27,646 nt of DNA from positions 1 through 27,646 of the forward strand of contig JBIOTN010000134.1 of NCBI GenBank assembly GCA_044866005.1, given 5' to 3'. Origin of the DNA: Candidatus Rokuibacteriota bacterium (GTDB lineage: Bacteria; Methylomirabilota; Methylomirabilia; Rokubacteriales; DASRDR01). The notes beneath the pieces are model-generated. The model was not told the origin of the DNA and did not search any database. It was given only the letters and a program-made list of their open reading frames with translations. A program made the position numbers and the translations under genes. Within the stretch, counting starts at the first letter, position 1, and every line of letters begins with the position of its first letter. Shown in pieces: positions 1 through 7,660 of this stretch.

Positions 1-737
1 GGTGGCGGCGGCGGCGGCGCGGCGGTCGGGAGCGTTTGCTGGACGAGGCCCGGAACGAGTCGCGTTGGAGGGCCGGTGTGGCCAGGCGGCTTGGCGGCCG
101 GCAGCTCCGCGGTCTTGGAGATCTCGACAATCTGGCTTGGCGTCAGCCTCACGATCGGCGTCCGCGTGGTCGCTTCTCCCGCGCCGGCGACGACGACGCC
201 CTGGTTCTGGCCCAGCTGGACGGAAACGTTCGGGTCCGACCGGAACGAGACGATCACGGGGAGGGAGACATTGAGGGTCGTGACGCTCGTTTCCGGCGCT
301 CGCCCCACGTAGCGCGTGCCGACCACGACGAGGCTGCCGCGGACCGCAGCGATCGCGTTGGGGGTCCGGATCTCGATCGCCTCGCCCGGCTTGAGCAGCT
401 TCTTCGCCACGCCGAGGGCCAGCTTCCCGACCTGGAGGTCCACGGTGGCCCGACCCGGCTCCTCGGTCACCGTGAACACCGACAGTTCGCGGATCGTGAC
501 GATCGCCTTGCCCCCGAGCAGGATTCGGACGGCGGAGTTCTCCAGCGTCTCGATGCGATCCCGGAGGAGCACGTCGTCCTTGAACTTCAAGGGGAGCGGC
601 TGCGGCATGGTGGGGCGGGTGACGGTGCTCTGCCCCTGCATCCCGGTGACGACCCCGGCCTTCGGTTGGGCCAGGACGAGGGCCGGCCACAGGACCTGGA
701 GTACCAGGAGAGCGGCCAAGGGGCACGTCCGTGACAA
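1..737 (-). CDS. Exported FecR-domain protein, 3' end truncated by the window edge (not in the ORF track)
   Basis: Manual translation from TTG at 737 (GGGGAGG SD upstream): MSRTCPLAALLVLQVLWPALVLA|QPKAGVVTGMQGQSTVTR...LKFKDDVLLRDRIETLENSAVRILLGGKAIVTIRELSVFTV...LQVGKL...EIRTPNAIAAVRGS. This is a signal peptide plus FecR-type hallmarks (D-x-I-x-T, TPNAxxxVRG[ST]), ending in a Pro-rich linker (PTAAPPPPP). The frame is open to position 1. Confidence 0.85.
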   Translation of the reverse strand, partial: MSRTCPLAALLVLQVLWPALVLAQPKAGVVTGMQGQSTVTRPTMPQPLPLKFKDDVLLRDRIETLENSAVRILLGGKAIVTIRELSVFTVTEEPGRATVDLQVGKLALGVAKKLLKPGEAIEIRTPNAIAAVRGSLVVVGTRYVGRAPETSVTTLNVSLPVIVSFRSDPNVSVQLGQNQGVVVAGAGEATTRTPIVRLTPSQIVEISKTAELPAAKPPGHTGPPTRLVPGLVQQTLPTAAPPPPP

Positions 738-791
738 CGACCAGACCCTCCCCGTTCCCCCAGCCGGTCGGTGGGCGCTACTTCAACACCC

Positions 792-821
792 CATATAAGC
801 GCCGGAAGAATCGCTTGTCAA
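792..821 (-). promoter_or_regulatory. Possible sigma70-type promoter for the FecR gene
   Basis: Perfect TTGACA (minus 821-816) with an AT-rich TTATATG patch 17-18 nt downstream in otherwise very GC-rich DNA. The -10 element is imperfect. Confidence 0.4.
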
Positions 822-828
822 ACCCCCT

Positions 829-863
829 TCCCGGCTCCGGCCCAGGCCGGGGTCGAGCCGGGA
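829..863. terminator. GC-rich stem-loop downstream of the CHASE2-cyclase stop (possible terminator or RNA-stabilising hairpin)
   Basis: TCCCGGCTC (829-837) pairs with GAGCCGGGA (855-863), with an inner CGGCC/GGCCG stem. There is no strong U-tract. Confidence 0.35.
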
Positions 864-908
864 GGCGGGTCGGGTCCCCGCTCGATGCCCCGCTCGTCGG
901 CTTCCCCG

Positions 909-2969
909 TCAGGATTTCGTCTGGAGGAACTTCTCGATGAGGGCGCCGTCCTCCGGAGCGAGGTCGAGGAACTTGATCCCGGCCTGGTCATCCGTGCTGC
1001 GCATGACGCGCCCTTCCGTGGAGATCGGGCGCGGGAGCCCGGGCAGCTGGAAGTGGAGGCCCACGACCTGGTCTCTGGGCAGCTGTTTGGGGAGGTCGGA
1101 GGCGCGGAGGCCGGTGACGCTCAGGTCGCTCAGCGATGCGGAGACGGAGACGCGTAGATCGCCCATCGCCTCCGTGATCGTGAGCGGGGCGTCCAGGGTG
1201 ACCCGGTGTGCCCGGCGCGGCGCCACGCTCTCGACGCCGTAGATCTTGACCGGGATCGCCTTGCCCTTGACGGTCACCTCGCCCAGGAAACGGCAGTAGA
1301 AGCGGTCCTTGACGGCCTGGTAGGTCGAGTCGCTGATGATGACCGGCGTCGCGAACTCCTTCGTCAGGCTCTCGAGGCGTGACCCCAGGTTGATCGTGTC
1401 ACCGATCGCGCCATACTCGACGCGCTGCGCGGAGCCGATGATGCCGACCACCGCCTCCCCCGTGTTGATGCCGACACCGTTCCTGAGCGCAGAACCACAC
1501 TTGGCCTCCCAGCGGGAGGAGAGCGCCTTGACGCGCTCCTGGAACTCGAGCGCCGTCCGGACCGCTTGTGCCGGGTGATCCGGCTGGTCGAAGGGGGCGT
1601 TGTAGAGGGCCATGATCTCGTCCCCGACGAACTGCGTCACGGTCCCGCCGTACTTGAACACGGCCTCCGTCATGTCGGTCATGTAGTCGCGGAGGAGCTC
1701 CGCCACCTCCTCGGGCGACAGCTTCTCGGAGATGGGGGTGAAGCCGCGGATGTCGGAGAAGAGCACCGTGATGCGGCGTCGCGAGCGGCCCAGCTCGCTG
1801 CCGTGGCGTACCACTTCCCGCAGGATGCTCGGAGAGAAGAACCGGGAGAGGCGCTGCTTCTCGCGCTGCGCCCGGATGAAGTTCTCGACGACGGTGGCGC
1901 CATAGCCGAGCAGGAGGGCCAGCGGCACGGCCACCTGGTCGGCCCACAGCCGGCCCCAGGTGAAGGCCGCGAACCCGGCGCCGGCGTGGAGGATCCCGGC
2001 CGCCGCGACGAGGCCCAGGCCCAGGAGCGGACTGGTCGCGTTGGTGATCCCGACCGCAAACAGCGCGGCCACCAGGACGAGCGCGACCGCGACCGGGCGC
2101 GGCACCCGTGTCAGCGCGAGGCCCTGGAAGAGCGTCTCCAGGATGTTGGCGTGGATCTCCACCCCCGGCATGGCCCCGTGAGGCGCGAAGGGCGTGGGAA
2201 AGACGTCGTGCAAGGCCGGACTGGTCGAGCCGACGAGCACGAGCTTGCCGCGAAACTCCGCCGGCGCAACCTCGCCGGTGACGACCCGGTAGTAGGGCAC
2301 CGTGGGGAACGTGCGCGGGCCGCCCCGATAGTTGATGAGGACCGAGCGCTCGCGTGGGAGCGGCGCCGACGGGATGCCGGCCTCGACGCCGAGCCGGTGA
2401 AGCTGCCTGTCGAAGCTCGGCACCTCGCCGCGCTGGTGCGCCAGGCCCAGGAGGCCGGTCCGCACGAAGGCGTCGTCGTCGTACTTGAAGTTGACGACGC
2501 CGAAGCCGCCGGCGTGGTCGCGGATCGGTCGGATGGGCGGATTCAGGTCGTCCTTCGTGAACCCGGCCTCCGTCACGGTGGTCAGCGCTGCGGCCAGGAT
2601 GACGTTGCCCGCGCGGCCGATCGCCTCGGCCAGCGCTTCGTCATCCGCCGGCCCTCGCGCCGACGGCTCGCTGAAGAGGATGTCGAGGCCGATCGCGGCC
2701 GGCTGCCCCTGGCTCAGCAGATCGAGGAGCTGTCCGTGGAGTGCGCGTGGCCAGGGCCAGGCGAGCCCGAGCTCGTCGAACGAATCCTCGCCGATGGCGA
2801 CGACGACGATCGGCGTCCGGGGCGGACGAGGCCCGCGCAGGTGGAACTGGGCGTTCAGCGCCTGAAGCTCGAGCCAGTCCAGGCTGCCGATCAGCAACGC
2901 GGCCGCCGTCACCAGCGCGGTGATGCCGCCGCGGATCCACACCCTGGTCCCTCCGAGCCACTTCGCCAT
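909..2969 (-). CDS. CHASE2 sensor / 3 TM / class III nucleotidyl cyclase / C-terminal PilZ domain
   Basis: CHASE2 motifs IVVVAIGEDS, WPWPR, IGLDILFSEP, DDDAFVR, GKLVLVG, MPGVEIHAN. Cyclase motifs VLFSDIRGFT, FVGDEIMA, GVGINTG, IGDTINLGSRLE, VKGK. PilZ motifs RRAHR and DLSVTG, GIKF. Confidence 0.93.
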   Translation of the reverse strand: MAKWLGGTRVWIRGGITALVTAAALLIGSLDWLELQALNAQFHLRGPRPPRTPIVVVAIGEDSFDELGLAWPWPRALHGQLLDLLSQGQPAAIGLDILFSEPSARGPADDEALAEAIGRAGNVILAAALTTVTEAGFTKDDLNPPIRPIRDHAGGFGVVNFKYDDDAFVRTGLLGLAHQRGEVPSFDRQLHRLGVEAGIPSAPLPRERSVLINYRGGPRTFPTVPYYRVVTGEVAPAEFRGKLVLVGSTSPALHDVFPTPFAPHGAMPGVEIHANILETLFQGLALTRVPRPVAVALVLVAALFAVGITNATSPLLGLGLVAAAGILHAGAGFAAFTWGRLWADQVAVPLALLLGYGATVVENFIRAQREKQRLSRFFSPSILREVVRHGSELGRSRRRITVLFSDIRGFTPISEKLSPEEVAELLRDYMTDMTEAVFKYGGTVTQFVGDEIMALYNAPFDQPDHPAQAVRTALEFQERVKALSSRWEAKCGSALRNGVGINTGEAVVGIIGSAQRVEYGAIGDTINLGSRLESLTKEFATPVIISDSTYQAVKDRFYCRFLGEVTVKGKAIPVKIYGVESVAPRRAHRVTLDAPLTITEAMGDLRVSVSASLSDLSVTGLRASDLPKQLPRDQVVGLHFQLPGLPRPISTEGRVMRSTDDQAGIKFLDLAPEDGALIEKFLQTKS

Positions 2970-2988
2970 CGTCCCCGAAGCCCGGCGA

Positions 2989-3018
2989 ATCGTCCCGTGA
3001 AGCGACGCCGCTTGTCAA
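2989..3018 (-). promoter_or_regulatory. Possible promoter for the CHASE2-cyclase gene
   Basis: TTGACA (minus 3018-3013), 18-nt spacer, GACGAT (2994-2989), about 20 nt before the ATG at 2969. Confidence 0.4.
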
Positions 3019-3104
3019 TCCTCCCGGCCCGCGAGAGCGGCCGCCGGTGCGCCGGGCGCGCCGCCGGCCGGGCGCAACGCCGCGCCGCGGCGTCGATTTT
3101 TCGC

Positions 3105-3133
3105 TTGACGCTCCCCGAGCCGTCTGTCATCCT
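3105..3133 (+). promoter_or_regulatory. Possible promoter for the 3218-7660 gene run
   Basis: TTGACG (3105-3110), 17-nt spacer, TGn-CATCCT (extended -10-like, 3125-3133). Confidence 0.4.
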
Positions 3134-3217
3134 CCTCGACCAGCATGCCGGAAGTCCGTAGATGTCCACGTCCCGCCGCGGGCCGATCGGCCTGACCCGC
3201 CGCAGTCAGCGAGCGTC

Positions 3218-4444
3218 GTGAAACCGTCTTCGCGGGCCGTCCTGTCGGTACTCGGGGCGGTTCTCCTCCTCGGGTCGGGGGCGGCGATTTACCTCGCGGT
3301 CGGCCGCGGGGCCGACCCTGCCAGGCAGGCGGGGGTCGCGCCAGCGCCGCTGCCGCCGGCGCCGTACGAGCTCGAGCGCGTCTATCAGGCGCTCGCCTCG
3401 CGCTGCGCCCGGAACGACCTCTCGTGCTTCGGCCATGCCCTGCAACGAGTCACGGCCGAGCACGGCCCCCACGCCTCGCTCGAGGCGCTGCGTCTGCTCC
3501 AGCAGAACGGGCTCGTCAGCATATCCTCCGACGAGCACCAGGTGGCCCACGAGATCGGGCGGACCACCGCGGAGACGTTCGGCGTCAACGGTCAGGCCTT
3601 CCTCCTCTGCCCGTCGTCGTTCAACTACGGCTGCCAGCACGGGTTCTTCGAGCACGCGCTCGGGAAGGGGACCTCGCCCGGCGAGACCGCGTCGCTGATC
3701 TGCGGCCCGGTCGAGGCCGACGCCTCGTACTCGGCCAAGTTCAAGTTCTACTGCTACCACGGGGTCGGACACGGGGTGATGATGGCCAAGGCGTACGACC
3801 TGCAGCCGGCCCTCGGGGTGTGCGACGCGCTCGCCAGCGACGTCGGCAAGGTCGGGTGCTGGCAGGGCGTCTTCATGGAGAACGTCAACGCGGCGATCCG
3901 CGGGGAGGGGCGCCGGGGCGTCTTCTCGAAAGACGATCCGCTGGCGCCGTGCGACCGGCTGGCGCCGCAATACCGTCGCGAGTGCTTCATCAACCACTCG
4001 GGCTACCTGATGGTCGTCTTCGGGAACTCCGTGGAGAAGGCCGCCGCGGCGTGCCTCGGCGCCGGGGAGCACCGGTCCGTCTGCCTTCAGTCGCTGGGTC
4101 TCCTGACCACGAACCCCAGCTGGCAGTTCACGATCACGGGCCGCACGGACCCCCAGCCGAACGTCGAGACGGCGCTCGGGCTCTGCGACCGATTCCCGAA
4201 GGACGCCAGGACCGATTGCTTCACCGGGGCCCTGGACAACATCCTGAACTACGACGGGATGGACCTGGCGAAGCGGGCGCTGCCGTTCTGCCAGCGCGTG
4301 ACCGGCTGGCCGGCGCGGGGCTGCTACCGCCAGATCGGGATCAACGTCGCCCGGCAAGTCGTCGACTCCGGCGAGCGACGGAAGCTCTGCGGGCAGCTCC
4401 AGGCGCCGCAGCGCGACGCCTGCCTGGCCGGTGCGGGCGTCTGA
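3218..4444 (+). CDS. Membrane-anchored/exported Cys-pair repeat protein with His-rich motifs, function unknown
   Basis: GTG at 3218 gives an N-terminal basic + hydrophobic segment (MKPSSRAVLSVLGAVLLLGSGAAIYLAV) and a Pro-rich linker. It then has 18 Cys in 9 pairs (mostly C-x9-11-C) and the motifs EHQVAHEIG, GCQHGFFE, CYHGVGHG, CWQGVFME. GC3-rich codon usage. Confidence 0.8.
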   Translation: MKPSSRAVLSVLGAVLLLGSGAAIYLAVGRGADPARQAGVAPAPLPPAPYELERVYQALASRCARNDLSCFGHALQRVTAEHGPHASLEALRLLQQNGLVSISSDEHQVAHEIGRTTAETFGVNGQAFLLCPSSFNYGCQHGFFEHALGKGTSPGETASLICGPVEADASYSAKFKFYCYHGVGHGVMMAKAYDLQPALGVCDALASDVGKVGCWQGVFMENVNAAIRGEGRRGVFSKDDPLAPCDRLAPQYRRECFINHSGYLMVVFGNSVEKAAAACLGAGEHRSVCLQSLGLLTTNPSWQFTITGRTDPQPNVETALGLCDRFPKDARTDCFTGALDNILNYDGMDLAKRALPFCQRVTGWPARGCYRQIGINVARQVVDSGERRKLCGQLQAPQRDACLAGAGV

Positions 4445-4445
4445 C

Positions 4446-5036
4446 GTGAGCCGCGGCGGCAGGGTGAAGAAAGTCGCGATCAACTGCTTCATCGTGCTGT
4501 CCCTCTGGATCATGGTCGCCACGAACGCCGGCCTGTCCTTGCCCTGGGTCCTCCCGTCGGTGTTCGCCCCGTACGGCGCGGCTCACCCGGTCAACCGGCT
4601 GAACTGGTACATCGGCTACGTCGACTGGTCGCTCCACTATCTCGGGTGGCTGGCCGGGCTCCACAACTACTGGCGGATGTTCTCGCCGGTCGACCGGTTC
4701 AACTGGGACATGCGCTTCTCGGCGGTCGGGCGGGACGGGAGCGAGCGCCTCCTGCCGCTGCCGCACCAGAGCGCGCGAACCATGTGGCAGCGGAACTTCG
4801 TCGACTTCCGGGACGCGAAATTCCACCTCAACGTCTACCGCAGCGAGACCGGACAGCGCTTTTACGCGCGATACCTCTGCCGCCGCTACCAGGAGCCGGG
4901 CAACCCCGTCCACGCCATCCGGATCGAGCTCGAATGGCAGAACATCCTGCCGCCGGCCGAGGCGAAGCGACGCGGGACCTACCTGGATCCAGCGCGGTAT
5001 CGCCGCACGTGGGGGGCGTTCGAGTGCCGGGCGTAG
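4446..5036 (+). CDS. Single-TM HTTM partner protein (SdpA/DUF5819-like)
   Basis: Starts 1 nt after the upstream stop (alternative GTG at 4464). N-terminal TM helix, W-x-M-F-S-P motif (NYWRMFSP) and YARYLCRRY, which resemble the C-terminal/partner region of HTTM proteins. Its 3' end overlaps the HTTM gene. Confidence 0.65.
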   Translation: MSRGGRVKKVAINCFIVLSLWIMVATNAGLSLPWVLPSVFAPYGAAHPVNRLNWYIGYVDWSLHYLGWLAGLHNYWRMFSPVDRFNWDMRFSAVGRDGSERLLPLPHQSARTMWQRNFVDFRDAKFHLNVYRSETGQRFYARYLCRRYQEPGNPVHAIRIELEWQNILPPAEAKRRGTYLDPARYRRTWGAFECRA

Positions 5037-6007
5037 ACCGAACCCGGCCCCTGGCCGCATTGGCGGGCGCCTGGGACCGCTTCTGGTTCGCGCCCCGGCC
5101 CGTGGCCACGCTCGGCGCGTTCCGCGTCCTCTTCGGCGGATTCATCCTGCTGATCCTCGTGATCAGTTACCCGAGCTGGGACGCCTTCTACGGGCCGGCC
5201 GGATACCTCTCTTTCGACGCGCTCGCCGAGCCGTATACCGGCTACTCCTGGTCGCTGTTCGCACTGTCCGAACAGCCGGCGCTCACGTGGGCCATCTTCT
5301 GGCTCGGGGCCCTCGCGGCCGTCGCCTTCACCGCGGGCTTCTGGACCCGCAGCGCGACCATCGCCCTCTTTCTCGTCTTCCTCTCGATGCTGCACCGCAA
5401 CCCGTACCTGACGAACGGCCAGGACCAGGTGGCCACCATGCTCCTGTTCCTCTCGTGCTTCGCCCCGCTCGGCCTCAGCATGTCGATGGACGAGATCATG
5501 GCGCGGCGTCGCCTTGCCGGCCTCGCCACCGGCTCCGCGGTGCCGACCGTGCAGCCGCTGTGGAGCTGGCGACTCATGCAGGTCTCGATCGCCCTGATCT
5601 ACCTCTTTGCCGCGCCGACCAAGTACCTGGACGACACGGCATGGCGCGACGGCACCGCCATCTATTACCTCAGCCTGTCCGACCGGTGGTTCCGGTTCCC
5701 GGACGCCGGGATCTTCCACGCGGACGCCGTGAGCGTCGCGCTGACGTTCGGCTCGCTGGTGATCGAGCTGGCGTTCCCGCTCCTGGTCTGGTTCTCCAGG
5801 ACCCGGCCCATCATGATTGTCGCCGTCACGGGCTTTCATCTCATCATGATGGTCGTGATGAGCGTCGGCGTCTTCTTCTTCAACCTGCTGATGCTCGTCA
5901 GCTTCGTGCTCTTCGTGCAGCCGCAGACGATCGAACGGCTGGTGAGGCTCGTGCGTCCGGAGCGGCTGCGGGAGGACGTGGGGTGGGTGCGGATGAGACG
6001 GGCGTGA
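5024..6007 (+). CDS. HTTM-domain polytopic membrane protein (SdpB / vitamin K-dependent carboxylase N-terminal-like)
   Basis: Motifs WDRFWF, LGAFRVLFG, GFWTR, HRNPYLTNGQD, LSMSMD, RLMQVSIALIYLFAAPTK...WRDGTA, ELAFPLL, FHL, with multiple TM helices. Start is GTG 5024 (alternative TTG 5060); the ORF-track start at 4646 is an extension. Confidence 0.85.
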   Translation: MPGVDRTRPLAALAGAWDRFWFAPRPVATLGAFRVLFGGFILLILVISYPSWDAFYGPAGYLSFDALAEPYTGYSWSLFALSEQPALTWAIFWLGALAAVAFTAGFWTRSATIALFLVFLSMLHRNPYLTNGQDQVATMLLFLSCFAPLGLSMSMDEIMARRRLAGLATGSAVPTVQPLWSWRLMQVSIALIYLFAAPTKYLDDTAWRDGTAIYYLSLSDRWFRFPDAGIFHADAVSVALTFGSLVIELAFPLLVWFSRTRPIMIVAVTGFHLIMMVVMSVGVFFFNLLMLVSFVLFVQPQTIERLVRLVRPERLREDVGWVRMRRA

Positions 6008-6115
6008 GCCCGGCATGCCGCGCCTCGACGTCCGCGCCGGCCGCGTGACGCCGGGACGGCCGGTTCGGCGCTGACGCTCGGCGACCCCGCTATCCGGGGA
6101 TCGAAGGAAGGCAGC

Positions 6116-7660
6116 CTGCGAATCCTGGCGGCTCTCCTGCTGGTCGGCGTCGTGGCCGGCCGCGCCCTGGCCCAGGAGGGCGAAGCCGACGTCTTCAGCG
6201 CCCGCGCGATCCTCGCCTACGAGGAGCGGCGCTACGACGACGCCCTGGACGCCGCACGTCAGGCGCTGGAGATCAACCCGGACCACCTCGACGCCCTCTA
6301 CTACACCGGGCTCGCCCTCGTCGCCCTGGGGCGGGTCGCCGAGGCGGTCGCACCGCTGGAGCGGGCCCGGACGCTGACGCCGAACGACGAGGCGATCCTC
6401 TTCCAGCTCGGGGTGACCTACTTCGCGCTCGAGCGGTTCGCCGCCGCCCGTCCGCTCCTCGAGGCGGCGTTTGCCATCAACCCGAAGCTGGACAGCCTCG
6501 GCTACTACGTGGGCTATCTCCGCTACCGGGCAGGCGACTACCAGCGCGCGCTCCGCGCCTTTCGGCAGGGCACCAGCACCGATCCGAACATCCAGCAACT
6601 CGCCCGGTACTACACGGCGCTGAGCCTGGCGGCCCTCGGGTTCCCCGAGCGGGTGGCCCCGGAGATCGAGGAGGCCCTGCGGCTCCTGCCGGCGTCGCCG
6701 CTCACCGGGCCGGCGGAGCGCCTGCGGGAGACCGTGCGGGCGGCCCGGGAAGGGGAGCGACGCTTCCGGGTCGACCTGAGGGTCGGCGGGTTCTACGACG
6801 ACAACGTGCGCGTGGTCCCCGAGGCCAGCGGCGATCCCAGCGTTCAGGACTTCCGCCGCGGCGAGAAGGCGAGCCCGGGAGAGATCGCGTTCCTCCGGCT
6901 CGACTACACCTTCCTCAGGAGGGGCTCGCTGGACGCCGCCGCCATGTACTCGTTCTTCACGACGTACAACAACGAGCTGCCGGGCTTCAACCTGATCAAC
7001 CACGCCGGCGGCGTCGCGCTGATGTACCGGGGCACCTTGGGCGCGCTCCCCTATCATCTCACGCTGCCGTACACGTACGATTTCCTGACCTTGGGGGGCC
7101 ACGACTTCGTCCAGCGGCACACCGTCAGCCCCTTCGCCACGCTCACCGAAAACGCCGGAAACCTGACGACCCTCCAGCTGCGCTTCCAGGAGAAGGACTT
7201 CTTCGAGAATGCCGGTCTGGCGCGGGAAGAGAGTCGGGACGGGACCAACTGGATGGTCGGGCTCGCGCACGTCTTCCGGTTCCAGCGGGACCGGCACCTG
7301 CTCAAGCTCGGCTACCAGTGGGACGTGGACGACACCGACGGGTCAAATCACCGCTACGCCGGCCACCGTCTCCTCGCGGGCGGCCAGTACACGCTCCCCT
7401 GGAAGAACCTGCGCCTGGCGTACGACTTCGACTTTCACATCCGGAACTACACGCACCGGAACACGGTGCTGCCGCGCGACGCGCCGAACTCCCGGGAGCG
7501 GTTCGACACCGAGGCGAACCATGTGGTCGCGCTCACCGTCCCGCTGCCGTGGAGTCTCAGCCTCGTCACCCAGTTCCAGGCGACGCAGAGCCGCTCGAAT
7601 CTGGATCTGTTCGCCTTCAACCGGAACGTCGTGTTCGTCTACCTGCTCTGGAGTTACTGA
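6116..7660 (+). CDS. TPR-repeat + C-terminal outer-membrane beta-barrel protein (Slam/DUF560-like architecture)
   Basis: TPRs (ALEINPDHLDALYYTGLAL, LFQLGVTYF, YYVGYLRY), then YDDNV and alternating beta-strands, ending in an aromatic residue (VFVYLLWSY). A complete signal peptide appears only if translation starts at CTG 6116; the first canonical start is GTG 6152. Confidence 0.85.
   Translation: MRILAALLLVGVVAGRALAQEGEADVFSARAILAYEERRYDDALDAARQALEINPDHLDALYYTGLALVALGRVAEAVAPLERARTLTPNDEAILFQLGVTYFALERFAAARPLLEAAFAINPKLDSLGYYVGYLRYRAGDYQRALRAFRQGTSTDPNIQQLARYYTALSLAALGFPERVAPEIEEALRLLPASPLTGPAERLRETVRAAREGERRFRVDLRVGGFYDDNVRVVPEASGDPSVQDFRRGEKASPGEIAFLRLDYTFLRRGSLDAAAMYSFFTTYNNELPGFNLINHAGGVALMYRGTLGALPYHLTLPYTYDFLTLGGHDFVQRHTVSPFATLTENAGNLTTLQLRFQEKDFFENAGLAREESRDGTNWMVGLAHVFRFQRDRHLLKLGYQWDVDDTDGSNHRYAGHRLLAGGQYTLPWKNLRLAYDFDFHIRNYTHRNTVLPRDAPNSRERFDTEANHVVALTVPLPWSLSLVTQFQATQSRSNLDLFAFNRNVVFVYLLWSY

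Noticed and set aside
1..23. GGC/GCG trinucleotide run at the window start
   Set aside because: It encodes the poly-Pro/Ala linker of the minus-strand FecR protein and is not an independent repeat.
909..2969. Pycsar-type anti-phage cyclase, given the unusual specificity residues
   Set aside because: The sensor-fused membrane architecture and the lack of an adjacent cNMP-binding TIR/TM effector argue for ordinary signalling.
1566..3161. Long ORF-track entries antisense to or overlapping real genes (e.g. 1566-3161+, 3206-4522-, 4979-7297-, 11431-13626-, 11481-14006+, 21734-24145-, 25574-27523-)
   Set aside because: These are shadow ORFs expected in very GC-rich DNA: Arg/Gly/Pro-rich, no family motifs, and fully overlapping well-supported genes.
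3218..4444. Multihaem cytochrome c interpretation of the Cys/His-rich protein
   Set aside because: There is no CxxCH motif; the Cys residues are spaced 6-16 apart.
6005..6115. Readthrough fusion of HTTM and TPR-barrel (same frame, separated by a single TGA)
   Set aside because: The HTTM protein is complete, the intervening codons are not protein-like, the TGA is not at a Cys-like motif, and the barrel has its own SD and signal peptide.
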